This document shows positions 1 through 10,019 of a DNA stretch of 64,000 nt, piece by piece. The position numbers were made by a program, and so were the translations under genes. Numbering within the stretch: position 1 is the stretch's first letter; every line of letters begins with the position of its first letter. The stretch lies in the NCBI GenBank assembly GCA_965248435.1, contig OZ252100.1:3840001-3904000 (forward strand). The letters are read 5' to 3'. The notes beneath the pieces are model-generated. The model saw nothing but the letters and a program-made list of their open reading frames with translations, ran no database searches and was not told where the DNA came from. Origin of the DNA: Candidatus Latescibacterota bacterium (GTDB lineage Bacteria; Latescibacterota; UBA2968; GCA-2709665).

Positions 1-497
1 TTTTGCCTCTGGGACCGGAAGGGAGCTGGGACTGGGGCATGGTATCGGCAATTCAAGCGCCGATTCGGCTGAACGACGAGCTCTGGTTCTACTACACGGG
101 GGTGGCCGGGCTGCACGATGCGCAGGGCAAGTCCGTTGGCCTTGGATTGGCCAAGCTGCGGGTGGACGGCTTCGCGTCGATCGACGCGTTCGAGAATACG
201 CACCGAACGAAGAACTACCCGCCGACGCTGCTCACCAAACCGCTCTACTCGCACGGCAACCGCCTGGAGGTTAACGTGGATGCCTCGAAGGGTTTCATCG
301 AGGCCGAGCTGCTGAACGTGGACGGATTTCCGATCGAGGGGTATTCGAATGATGAGTGCGACACATTCAAGGGGGACAGCCTGGCGCATACGTTCACCTG
401 GAAAGGGAGGTCGGATATCGGAGGGCATCTTCCAGTTAGAGTGAGGTTCACCATGAATAATTCGAAGCTTTATGCGCTGCAGATTCCGAAGGGGTAG
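1..497 (+). CDS. 3' part of a beta-propeller glycoside hydrolase-like protein (paralogue of 59322-60845), truncated by the window start
   Basis: LPLGPEGSWD..ELWFYYTG..GLAKLRVDGF..NYPPTLLTKPLYS is nearly identical to the C-terminus of 59322-60845. Confidence 0.8.
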   Translation, partial: LPLGPEGSWDWGMVSAIQAPIRLNDELWFYYTGVAGLHDAQGKSVGLGLAKLRVDGFASIDAFENTHRTKNYPPTLLTKPLYSHGNRLEVNVDASKGFIEAELLNVDGFPIEGYSNDECDTFKGDSLAHTFTWKGRSDIGGHLPVRVRFTMNNSKLYALQIPKG

Positions 498-567
498 GCA
501 GTGGGTTACTCAATGCGGATTGCGGATTGCGGATTAAGGGGCAGCCCGTGTCGTTGGAGGTCTGACA

Positions 568-3123
568 GTGTCGAGCATATATAATGTAAAGGACTATGGG
601 GCGAAGGGCGACAGCGTGACGCTGGATACGGAGGCGATCCAGAAGACGATCGACGCGTGTGCCGAGGCAGGCGGAGGCGTGGTGACCCTTCCCCCGGGTA
701 CTTATCTATGCTCGACATTTTATTTGAGAAGCAACATGACGTTTGAGGTTGGTCAGGGGGCGGTGCTGCTTGGGAGCAAGAATCTGTCTGATTATGGTGC
801 ATTTACGGACGACAAGGAGTTTTACAGAAATGAAGCAGCCCGGACAACCAGCCACTCTGCAAAACTCCTTGAGGCTGGTTGTCCGGGTTTCTTCATTCGG
901 GGCATCGGCCTTCATGATGTGACGATGCGCGGACCGGGTGTGATCGATGGAAACGATGCGGTTCGTGAAGACGGCAATCGAGGTCCGCGCCTGATTCTCT
1001 TCGAAGGTTGCCAGAACGTCACGCTTCAAGATATAACCGTTGTTCGGGCGCCAGCAGAGAACACGGGCTTTCTGGAATGTGAGGATATCCGCATCTTGGG
1101 CGTAAAGATCCGCGATAGCTTTGCGGATGGTATCTACATCATAAGCTGCCGGCGGGTGCTCATTGACGGCTGTGTGATCGAAAGAAGCGGTGACGACCCC
1201 CTCTCCCTCAAGAACGAAGGCAGGCCCGAGCGTCCCTCCTTCTACAAAGACCTCGTCGAAGATGTCCTCATTACCAATACCACGATCCGCCACGCGACGC
1301 ATCCGGCGATCAAGATCGGCACGGACACTGCGGGTGTTTTCCGAAACATCCAGGTCTCGAACTGCATCTTCGAAAACGTCGGGCCCATGTTCCAGATCCA
1401 GCTTATGCGTCCCAAGCTCAAGAAGACCAAGGAACGGATCATTGAAAATGTGATGTTTTCAAACGTCATCTCACGAGATGTGCGGGAGGTAATTGACATT
1501 ACAACGATGGGTGTGGATGAGGCGGCTGTCTCAGATCTTGTTTTCGACAATCTGCTCGTTTCCGGCATGCGCGAACCCTCGAGGATCCACGGGAACGAGC
1601 AAGTCTCGATCAGCAACGTTGCAATCAAGAACTCCCGCTTCATTCATTCCCGGAGCAGCATGACGAAATGGCTGTCCTGTCTCTACACGAAAAACCTGAT
1701 GGTCCGGGACGTGACGTTCGATCTCCGAGAACCGTTGGAAAGCATTGTGGAGGTGGATCGGGCAGATGGGTTTACCTGGGACAGGGTATCGATACAGGGT
1801 GAGGCAAGGGCTGACCGTGGGGTGACGATCGGGAACGCTTCAGATGTAGAGATCCGGGGCTGTGGCACGAAAGGCGTCAATACGTATCTTCGGGTTGGGG
1901 AAGGAGGCCTGTCGGATATCCGGTTTCTGGGCAACGACTTTCAGGATGCATCAGAGGCCTCTTTTGCCCGGTGGGACGCGATTTCAGGGGATGTCCGACC
2001 TCTGGCTGACCGTATTTCGAGCTCCGTTCTGGAGATGGAAAGGGAGATCGATCCCGGGACGGCACTCACGATCAAGGTCAAGCTTCAGAACGAGGGGAGT
2101 GCAGGTGCATTTCTGCTGAATGTGACCGAGGATGGCAAGACCCTGGGTGGAAGGTGGGTGCTTCTCGGGCCAGGGGAGTGCAGGACGGTAGTGTTTGAGA
2201 CGGAACCGATCTATCGGTCCGGAAACCACGCGCTGCAAGTGGGCGGTGTAGTAGAGACAGTAGCTGTTCGAGAGACGCCTTGCACGCTCACGCATCCCGG
2301 GCCACTCGAACTGCGGCTGGAAGAGGGTAAGCCTGAGGCTTCGTGGGTGAAGGTCCCGGTTCAGAACGTCGGAGGAAAGCGCAGCGTGGCGGAAGTGATG
2401 CTGGATGCAGCCGGGCATACAATCAAGAAGGAGATCTTGCTGGAACCGGGAGAGTTTTCGTTTGTGACTTTCGATGATTTCAAGGGTGTGCAGTCTTTAC
2501 TTCCGCTCAGAGTAGGAGATTTTCCCTCCTTAAAGTATTGTACGTATGCAAATACTGACGGGCGATTCTTATATCATCACGACGGTCGCATCGAGATTCA
2601 CGCGGGTGGGGAACGTGGAACATTCGAGCAGCACGCAGCTGTCTACCTTTCACGGATTGTGGGCGATTACACGGCGGTCTGCCGTTTGATCCATCAAGAC
2701 GACCATACGGGGGAATACGCGGGCGCGGGTCTGGTCGCACGAAACGTGATGACGGACGATGGGTCTCCGGGTTTCGCAAAATATTTTCGCGTCATCAAGT
2801 ACGGCGGATTCATGATTTTTTGTGTCGACATTGACGGGGATGGAAAATTTGACCCGGCAGATGGTTCGGGATGGGGAATAGGTCACATCCCTTTCTGGCT
2901 GAAACTCGAGAGGCGGGGCAAGGACTTCCGAGCCTACGTAAGTGAGGATGGCGAGCACTGGGAGGAGAACCACTCGATGGTGGCGGGCAAGCGCAAGCTT
3001 CTCAGAGGCCATTATACCCTGGAGAACACAGCGGATACACAGGATGTGGGTGTCTTTGGGTTGGCCTATGGGAATGGGATCTCTAAGGTGATTGTAGGAG
3101 ACTTCAGCGTTACGAAAAGTTGA
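568..3123 (+). CDS. Right-handed beta-helix GH28/pectate-lyase-like protein with C-terminal beta-sandwich domains, copy 1
   Basis: N-terminal YNVKDYGAKGD..DTEAIQKTIDAC..GGGVVTLPPGTY; ADGI..GDD and IKIGT motifs; GTG start with GGAGG upstream. Confidence 0.8.
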   Translation: MSSIYNVKDYGAKGDSVTLDTEAIQKTIDACAEAGGGVVTLPPGTYLCSTFYLRSNMTFEVGQGAVLLGSKNLSDYGAFTDDKEFYRNEAARTTSHSAKLLEAGCPGFFIRGIGLHDVTMRGPGVIDGNDAVREDGNRGPRLILFEGCQNVTLQDITVVRAPAENTGFLECEDIRILGVKIRDSFADGIYIISCRRVLIDGCVIERSGDDPLSLKNEGRPERPSFYKDLVEDVLITNTTIRHATHPAIKIGTDTAGVFRNIQVSNCIFENVGPMFQIQLMRPKLKKTKERIIENVMFSNVISRDVREVIDITTMGVDEAAVSDLVFDNLLVSGMREPSRIHGNEQVSISNVAIKNSRFIHSRSSMTKWLSCLYTKNLMVRDVTFDLREPLESIVEVDRADGFTWDRVSIQGEARADRGVTIGNASDVEIRGCGTKGVNTYLRVGEGGLSDIRFLGNDFQDASEASFARWDAISGDVRPLADRISSSVLEMEREIDPGTALTIKVKLQNEGSAGAFLLNVTEDGKTLGGRWVLLGPGECRTVVFETEPIYRSGNHALQVGGVVETVAVRETPCTLTHPGPLELRLEEGKPEASWVKVPVQNVGGKRSVAEVMLDAAGHTIKKEILLEPGEFSFVTFDDFKGVQSLLPLRVGDFPSLKYCTYANTDGRFLYHHDGRIEIHAGGERGTFEQHAAVYLSRIVGDYTAVCRLIHQDDHTGEYAGAGLVARNVMTDDGSPGFAKYFRVIKYGGFMIFCVDIDGDGKFDPADGSGWGIGHIPFWLKLERRGKDFRAYVSEDGEHWEENHSMVAGKRKLLRGHYTLENTADTQDVGVFGLAYGNGISKVIVGDFSVTKS

Positions 3124-3279
3124 TAACGGGTACCGGGGAATCAAAACACGGGTACAGGGTACCGTAAAACCGTGAATCGTGGATCGTGGATCGTAAACTA
3201 GCCGGATAGAATGCGGCCGTGCATCGGGTAGGCTCCAGGCGGCGAATTTCAGCTTGATTTTTTAGATGAGGAGCTGACA
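3124..3279 (+). repeat. Duplicated intergenic spacer (second copy 5791-5940) containing one unit of the 22-bp repeat family
   Basis: taacgggtaccggggaatcaaaacacgggtac..gtggatcgtggatcg..gcatcgggtaggctccagg..gagctgacaATG occurs in both spacers. Confidence 0.85.
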
Positions 3280-5790
3280 ATGTCGAGCATTTATAATGTA
3301 AAGGAGTTCGGGGCGAAGGGGGACGGCGTGACCCTGGATACGGAGGCGATCCAGAAGACGGTCGATGCCTGCGCCGAGGCGGGCGGAGGGACCGTTACCC
3401 TTCCCACGGGTACCTATCTATGCTCGACCTTTTATTTGAAGAGCCGGATCACGTTTGAGGTCGGTCAGGGAGCAGTACTGCTGGGGAGCAAGAACCTGTC
3501 AGATTATGGTGCATTTACGGACAAGGAGTTTTGCAGGGTGGCCGGCTGCGCGGGCTACTTCATCCGCGGCATCAACCTTGAGGATGTGACGATATCCGGA
3601 CCGGGCGTGATCGACGGAAACGAAGCGGTTCGCGAAGATGGCAATCGGGGGCCGATGACGATCCTGTTCGAGGATTGCCGGGACGTCACCGTTCGAGACA
3701 TCACGATCATTCGCGCTCCGGGGTGGTGCACGACCTTCGTTGAGTGTGAAGATCTACGGATTCTGAGGGTCAACGCACGGGATTGCGAGTGCGATGGGAT
3801 CAACATCGTGAGCTGCAGGCGGGTTCTCTACGACGGCTGCGTGATCGATACGACCCATGATGACCCGCTGTGTATCAAGAACGAAGGAAGGCCGGGTGAC
3901 CCTAAGCGACACCGTTACAAGAATGTGACGGAGGACGTGATTATCTCCAACACGGTGATTCGGAATACCACGCATCCAGCGATCAAGATCGGGACGGCGA
4001 CCTCCGGGGTTTTCCGAAATATCCTGGTGTCGAACTGCATCTTCGAAAACGTAAGGAGCATGTTTACCATCCAGCTCATGCGACCCAAGCTGGAGGAGAC
4101 GAAGGAGCGGATCATCGAAAACGTGATGTTTTCGAACGTCACCGTGCGGGACGTGCGGGATGTATTCGATATCACGACGATGGCCGTGGATGAAGCGGCC
4201 GTTTCAGATTTGGTTTTCGACAATCTGCTGGTCTCCGGCATGCGCGAGTCCTCGAAGATCCATGGGACCGAGCAGGTCTCGATCAGCAACGTCGCGATCA
4301 AGAACTCCCGCTTCGTTCATTCCCAGAGCAGCATGACCAAATGGCTGTCCTGTTCCTACACGAAAAATCTGACGGTTCGGGATGTGACGTTCGATCTCCG
4401 GGAGCCGCTGGACAGGGTCGTGGAGCTTGACAAGACGGACGGGTTTACGTGGGACAGGGTTTCCTTACTGGGCGATGCGGTGCGTGACTGTGTCGTCACG
4501 GTCGATAACTCTGCCGGTGTTGAGATCCGGGGCTGCACTGCGAAGAACGTCCATACCTATCTTCAAGTCGGAGAAGGAGGGCTGGCGGATATTCGATTTC
4601 TGGGGAACGATCTGCAGGATGCGTGGGAAGCTTTCCTGGCCGAGTCGGACGCGATTTCGGGGCGCGTCCGACCTCTGGCCGACCGTGTTTCGTGCTCCGT
4701 CCTCGAGATGGAGAGGGAAATCGATCCCGGAACGGCGCTCACGATCAAGGCAGAGCTCCAGAACGAGGGACAGGCAGGCGCGTTTCTTTTGAGTGTGATC
4801 GAGGACGGCAAAACGCTGGGTGGCCGGTGGGTGTTCCTCGGACCGGGAGAGCGCAGGACCGCGGCGTTCGAGACGGAACCGATCTATCCGTCCAGAAGCC
4901 ACGTGATCGAGGTCGGCGGTGTGACGGAGGAGGTGACCGTTCGAGAGGCCCCGTGTACGCTCGCGCATCCCGGGCCATTCGAACTGCGGCTGGAAGAGGG
5001 TAAGCCTGAGGCGTCGTGGGTGAAGGTCCCGGTCCAGAATATCGGGGGAAAGCGCGGCGTGGCGGAGGTGATGCTGGATGCAGCCGGGCATAGGTTGAAG
5101 AAGGAGATCTCGCTGGAACCGGGAGAATCTTCCTATATAACTTTCGATGATTTCAAAGGAGTGCCGTCTTTGCTTCCGCTCAGGGTAGGAGATTATCCCC
5201 CCTTAGAGTATTACACGTATGCAAATACGGAAGGGCGATTCCTATACCATCACGACGGTCGCATCGAGATTCACGCGGGGGGGGAACGTGGAACATTCGA
5301 GCAGCACGCAGTTGTCTACCTTCCGCGGATTGTGGGCGATTACACGGCGGTCTGCCGTTTGATCCATCAGGACAACCATACGGGGGAATATGCGGGCGCG
5401 GGTCTGATTGCACGAAACGCGATGACGGACGATGGGTCTGCAGGTCACGCCAAGTATCATCGTGTCATCAAGTACGGTGGGTTTATGAATTTTCGCGTCG
5501 ACAGCGATGGGGATGGAAAACTGGACGTGGGGGGCGGCGGGCAAGGCGGGCGCATCCCTTTCTGGTTGAAGATCGAGAGGCGGGGAAAGGACTTCCGGGC
5601 CTACGTAAGCGGGGATGGCGAGCACTGGGAGGAGAACCAGGCGATGAAGGGGGGCAAGCGAAAGCTCCTCAGGGGCCACTTTGTCCTGGAAAACACTGCG
5701 GATATACAGGATGTGGGTGTTTTCGGGCTTGCTTACGGCGGCGGGATATCCGAAGTGATTGTAGAAGACTTCGGCGTTACGAAAAGCTGA
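3280..5790 (+). CDS. Beta-helix GH28-like protein, copy 2
   Basis: Full-length paralogue of 568-3123; GAGGAG RBS. Confidence 0.8.
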   Translation: MSSIYNVKEFGAKGDGVTLDTEAIQKTVDACAEAGGGTVTLPTGTYLCSTFYLKSRITFEVGQGAVLLGSKNLSDYGAFTDKEFCRVAGCAGYFIRGINLEDVTISGPGVIDGNEAVREDGNRGPMTILFEDCRDVTVRDITIIRAPGWCTTFVECEDLRILRVNARDCECDGINIVSCRRVLYDGCVIDTTHDDPLCIKNEGRPGDPKRHRYKNVTEDVIISNTVIRNTTHPAIKIGTATSGVFRNILVSNCIFENVRSMFTIQLMRPKLEETKERIIENVMFSNVTVRDVRDVFDITTMAVDEAAVSDLVFDNLLVSGMRESSKIHGTEQVSISNVAIKNSRFVHSQSSMTKWLSCSYTKNLTVRDVTFDLREPLDRVVELDKTDGFTWDRVSLLGDAVRDCVVTVDNSAGVEIRGCTAKNVHTYLQVGEGGLADIRFLGNDLQDAWEAFLAESDAISGRVRPLADRVSCSVLEMEREIDPGTALTIKAELQNEGQAGAFLLSVIEDGKTLGGRWVFLGPGERRTAAFETEPIYPSRSHVIEVGGVTEEVTVREAPCTLAHPGPFELRLEEGKPEASWVKVPVQNIGGKRGVAEVMLDAAGHRLKKEISLEPGESSYITFDDFKGVPSLLPLRVGDYPPLEYYTYANTEGRFLYHHDGRIEIHAGGERGTFEQHAVVYLPRIVGDYTAVCRLIHQDNHTGEYAGAGLIARNAMTDDGSAGHAKYHRVIKYGGFMNFRVDSDGDGKLDVGGGGQGGRIPFWLKIERRGKDFRAYVSGDGEHWEENQAMKGGKRKLLRGHFVLENTADIQDVGVFGLAYGGGISEVIVEDFGVTKS

Positions 5791-5940
5791 TAACGGGTAC
5801 CGGGGAATCAAAACACGGGTACCGGGTACCGCAAGACTGTGGATCGTGGATCGGAAAGCGACTAGATAGAACGCGGTCGCGCATCGGGTAGGCTCCAGGT
5901 GGCGAATTTCAGCTTGATTTTTGAGATGAGGGAGCTGACA

Positions 5941-8448
5941 ATGTCGAGTATATATAATGTAAAGGAGTTCGGGGCGAAGGGGGACGGCGTGACGCTGGAT
6001 ACGGAGGCGATCCAGAAGACGATCGACGCGTGTGCCGAGGCGGGTGGGGGGGTGGTCACCCTTCCTTCGGGCACGTATCTATGCTCGACCTTTTATTTGA
6101 GAAGCAACATGACGTTTGAGGTTGGTCAGGGGGCGGTGCTGCTTGGGAGCAAGAATATGTCTGATTATGGTGCGTTTACGGAGGACAAGGAGTTTTGCAG
6201 AGTGGCCAGTTGCGCGGGCTACTTCGTTCGGGGAATCGACCTTCATGATGTAACGGTATGCGGACCGGGCGTGATCGATGGAAACGATGCGGCTTGTGAA
6301 GACGGCAATCGAGGTCCGATGACGATCCTGTTCGAGGGTTGCCGGGATGTGACGGTTCGGGATATCGCAGTCATTCGTTCTCCGGGGTGGTGCACGACTT
6401 TTGTCGAATGCGAAGATGTCCGGATCCTTAGGGTCAACGTACTGGATTGCGACAACGGTGGGTTCACAACCGAGAGCTGCAGCCGGGTTCTCTACGACGG
6501 CTGCGTGATCGAAAGGACCTACGACGACCCGCTGTGCATCAAGAACACTTCCGGATACAACGATGTAACAGAGGACTTGATTATCTCCAACACCGTGATT
6601 CGGAACATCGGGAAGCGCGGGACACATCCTGCGATCAAGATCGGGACGGCGACGGCAGGGGTTTTCAGAAACATCCTGGTATCGAATTGCATGTTTGAAA
6701 ACGCACAAAGCATGTTTGCGATCCAGCTTATGCGCCCCAAGCTGAAGGAGAACAAGGAACGGATCATTGAAAATGTGGTGTTTTCAAACGTCATCGTAAG
6801 AGACGTGTGGAATGTAATTGACATCACAACGATGGGCGTGGATGAGGCGGCTGTCTCAGATCTGGTTTTCGACAATCTGCTTGTTTCCGGCATGCGCGAA
6901 CCCTCGAGGATCCACGGGACCGAGCAAGTCTCGATCAGCAACGTTGCGATCAAGAACTCCCGGTTCGTTCATTCCAGGAACAGCATGACGAAATGGCTGT
7001 CCTGTCTCTACACGAAAAACCTGATGGTCCGGGACGTGACGTTCGATCTCCGAGAACCGTTGGAGAGCATTGCGGAGGTGGATCGGGCAGATGGGTTTAC
7101 CTGGGACAGCGTATCGATACAGGGTGAGGCAAGGGCTGACCGTGGGGTGACGATCGGGAACGCTTCAGATGTAGAGATCCGGGGCTGTGGCGCGAAAGGC
7201 GTCAATACGTATCTTCAGGTTGGGGAAGGAGGGCTGTCGGATGTCCGATTTCTGGGCAACGACTTTCAGGACGCATCGGAGGCCTCTTTTGCCCGGTGGG
7301 ACGCGATTTCAGGGGATGTCCGACCTCTGGCTGACCGTATTTCGAGCTCTGTTCTGGAGATGGAAAGGGAGATCGATCCCGGCACGGCACTCACGATCAA
7401 GGTCAAGCTCAAGAACGAGGGGAGCGCAGGTGCATTTCTGCTGAAGGTGACCGAGGATAGCAAAACACTGGGTGGAAGGTGGGTGCTTCTCGGGCCAGGG
7501 GAGTGCAGGACGGTAGCGTTTGAGACGGAACCGATCTATCGGTCCGGAAACCACGCGCTACAAGTGGGCAGCGTGCTGGAGACCGTAACCGTTCGAGAGA
7601 TGCCTTGCACGCTCACGCATCCCGGGCCACTCGAACTGCGGCTGGAAGAGGGTAAGCCTGAGGCTTCGTGGGTGAAGGTCCCGGTTCAGAATATCGGAGG
7701 AAAGCGCAGCGTGGCGGAACTGATGCTGGATGCAGCCGGGCATATAATCAAGAAGGAGATCTTGCTGGAACCGGGAGAATCTTCGTTTGTGACCTTCGAT
7801 GATTTCAAGGGTGTGCAGTCTTTACTTCCGCTCAGGGTAGGAGATTATCCCCCCTTAAAATATTGCACGTATGCAAATACTGACGGGCGATTCCTATACC
7901 ATCACGACGGTCGCATCGAGATTCACGCGGGTGGGGAACGCGGAACATTCGAGCAGCACGCAGCTGTCTACCTTCCAAGGATTGTGGGCGACTACACGGC
8001 GGTCTGCCGTTTGATCCATCAGGACAATCATACGGGGGAATACGCGGGGGCGGGTCTGGTTGCACGAAACGTGATGACGGACGATGGGTCTCCGGGTTTC
8101 GCCAAATATTTTCACGTCATCAAGTACGGCGGATTCATGATTTTTTGTGTCGACCTTGACGGGGATGGAAAATTTGACCCGGCAGATGGTTCGGGATGGG
8201 GAGGAGAACGCATCCCTTTGTGGTTGAAACTCGAGAAGCGGGGCAAGGACTTCGGAGCCTACGTAAGTGAGGATGGCGAGAACTGGAAGGAGAACCAGGC
8301 GGGGAAGGGGCCAAATCGGATACGTCTCAGAGGCCATTATATCCTGGAGGACACCGCGGATACGCAGGATGTGGGTGTCTTTGGGTTGGCCTATGGAAAT
8401 GGGATCTCCAAGGTGATCCTAGAAGACTTCAGCGTTACTCCGATCTAA
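5941..8448 (+). CDS. Beta-helix GH28-like protein, copy 3
   Basis: Paralogue; start set to ATG 5941 (MSSIYNVK) by alignment with copies 1 and 2. Confidence 0.8.
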   Translation: MSSIYNVKEFGAKGDGVTLDTEAIQKTIDACAEAGGGVVTLPSGTYLCSTFYLRSNMTFEVGQGAVLLGSKNMSDYGAFTEDKEFCRVASCAGYFVRGIDLHDVTVCGPGVIDGNDAACEDGNRGPMTILFEGCRDVTVRDIAVIRSPGWCTTFVECEDVRILRVNVLDCDNGGFTTESCSRVLYDGCVIERTYDDPLCIKNTSGYNDVTEDLIISNTVIRNIGKRGTHPAIKIGTATAGVFRNILVSNCMFENAQSMFAIQLMRPKLKENKERIIENVVFSNVIVRDVWNVIDITTMGVDEAAVSDLVFDNLLVSGMREPSRIHGTEQVSISNVAIKNSRFVHSRNSMTKWLSCLYTKNLMVRDVTFDLREPLESIAEVDRADGFTWDSVSIQGEARADRGVTIGNASDVEIRGCGAKGVNTYLQVGEGGLSDVRFLGNDFQDASEASFARWDAISGDVRPLADRISSSVLEMEREIDPGTALTIKVKLKNEGSAGAFLLKVTEDSKTLGGRWVLLGPGECRTVAFETEPIYRSGNHALQVGSVLETVTVREMPCTLTHPGPLELRLEEGKPEASWVKVPVQNIGGKRSVAELMLDAAGHIIKKEILLEPGESSFVTFDDFKGVQSLLPLRVGDYPPLKYCTYANTDGRFLYHHDGRIEIHAGGERGTFEQHAAVYLPRIVGDYTAVCRLIHQDNHTGEYAGAGLVARNVMTDDGSPGFAKYFHVIKYGGFMIFCVDLDGDGKFDPADGSGWGGERIPLWLKLEKRGKDFGAYVSEDGENWKENQAGKGPNRIRLRGHYILEDTADTQDVGVFGLAYGNGISKVILEDFSVTPI

Positions 8449-8647
8449 TTTCGAGCACCCACGGCCTTCTCATTTGTCTCCAGCGTCCGCCCCTCGCCCC
8501 GAACAAATTCCTCTGAATTGTGAGGATGGCGGGAAAACACTCGGGAACAAGATCGATCGTGAACATCGAATCGAGAAACTGTCTATTCCATGACGCAGCT
8601 TTGGAGCCAGCTTTCTTACTAGGTGATTAGACGAGGAGCTTCCAGGA

Positions 8648-9682
8648 ATGACCGAGACGATTCTGACTGACGGATACGGATACGGGGCCCTGAGGGACGA
8701 GGTGGCCCTGCTCCTCCAGGAGGGCAAGGCGCGCGCCGCTGCGGCGGTGGCGCGTGAGACGCTGCTGACCTACCACGCGATCGGCGGGGCCGTGAGCGAA
8801 TACCTGCTCGCGCACCCGGCCGCATACGGCGAGCAGACCGTGGCGCGGCTCGCGGCCGACGTTGGGCTCAGCAACTCGATCCTGTATGAGGCCGTGGCTT
8901 TTTATCGATTTCGCCCAATTTTCCACGCGCGTGGAAAATTGGGTTGGACCCACTACCGGGCCCTGCTGAAGCTGCCCACGGACGCCCAGCGGGAGGCGGC
9001 TGAGGCCGCCGCCCAGGAGCATCGCTGGAGCGTTCGAGACCTGGAGGCGCAGATCCGGTCCGGCGCGTTTGAAGGATCCGGGTTGGCCGCGACCGAGGTC
9101 AAGGCTGCTCACCAGCTGCCGGCCCTGCGCGGACAGTTCTACACCTACAAGCTGGTCGAGGCGCCTCAATTCCAGGAACGCAGTCTCCGGCTGGACCTGG
9201 GATTCGGGACTCAGCTCGCGTGGCCGATTCCGGATGCGGAGAGGTTCCGCGGAGGGCAGTTCCTGAACGCGACCCGCCAGGGGCCAGAGAAATACCGCTT
9301 CGCCGAAGCCGTCGAGCGAACCGCCGCATTCTATACCTACGTGGCGCGCGTTCTGCGCGTCATCGACGGAGATACGGTCTGGCTGGACATCGACTGCGGT
9401 TTCCGCGTGTGGGCGCGGCAGAAGGTGAGGCTGCGGGGGATCGACACGCCCGAGATCAAGACGGCGGAGGGCGTGCGTGCCAGGGACTTCGTCGCGGAGG
9501 CGCTGGAGAGCGTCCCGTTCGTCGTCGTGACGACGACGAAGCCGGACAAATACGATCGGTACCTGGCCGACCTGTTCTACCTGCCTGAGGCAGAAAAGGC
9601 GGAAGAAGCGCTGGCGAAGGGACGGTTTCTGAATCGCGAGCTCGTGGAACAGGGATTGGCGGAGCGGGTCAGAAAGGGATGA
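8648..9682 (+). CDS. Fusion of a DUF1016/YhcG N-terminal-like domain and a thermonuclease (SNase) domain
   Basis: N-term TYHAIG..YGEQTVARLA..LGWTHYRALL..WSVRDLEAQI; C-term RVIDGDTV..VRLRGIDTPE..DKYDRYLA. Confidence 0.8.
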   Translation: MTETILTDGYGYGALRDEVALLLQEGKARAAAAVARETLLTYHAIGGAVSEYLLAHPAAYGEQTVARLAADVGLSNSILYEAVAFYRFRPIFHARGKLGWTHYRALLKLPTDAQREAAEAAAQEHRWSVRDLEAQIRSGAFEGSGLAATEVKAAHQLPALRGQFYTYKLVEAPQFQERSLRLDLGFGTQLAWPIPDAERFRGGQFLNATRQGPEKYRFAEAVERTAAFYTYVARVLRVIDGDTVWLDIDCGFRVWARQKVRLRGIDTPEIKTAEGVRARDFVAEALESVPFVVVTTTKPDKYDRYLADLFYLPEAEKAEEALAKGRFLNRELVEQGLAERVRKG

Positions 9683-10019
9683 AAGCACGGTCCTTTAGAC
9701 GACCTGATGGAAATTAGGTTCTATGGTTCAGAATATTAGGTGTATCTATAGAAAGGCATTCACGTAATAGGGCGCATTATCTATATTATTGGCAGGATTT
9801 ACGCAGTGCATTTTATCTGCCCTACAGGTGGAATCTGCGCACATGGTGCGCGAATGCAGAAGTTGAACTAAACCGCTTCGCGGTGGCCTGCTGCAAGGCC
9901 TTTGCTCTTTGACAACCAGGATATGATACCGTGCAAGTCCGGAGCCACTTTGCAAATGGCTCTGTGCTTCGCATCCTCCTTCTGCTAACAACGTCCACCA
10001 TCAGCAGAAGGAGAGAGCC

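Noticed and set aside
8627-9688. Long antisense ORFs (also 52958-54496, 38870-40003, 59757-60917)
   Set aside because: Shadows of GC3-rich genes on the opposite strand, with no recognisable motifs.
9909-9940. TTGACA promoter for the recombinase
   Set aside because: No -10 hexamer at 16-18 bp spacing; TATGAT is only 7 bp away.
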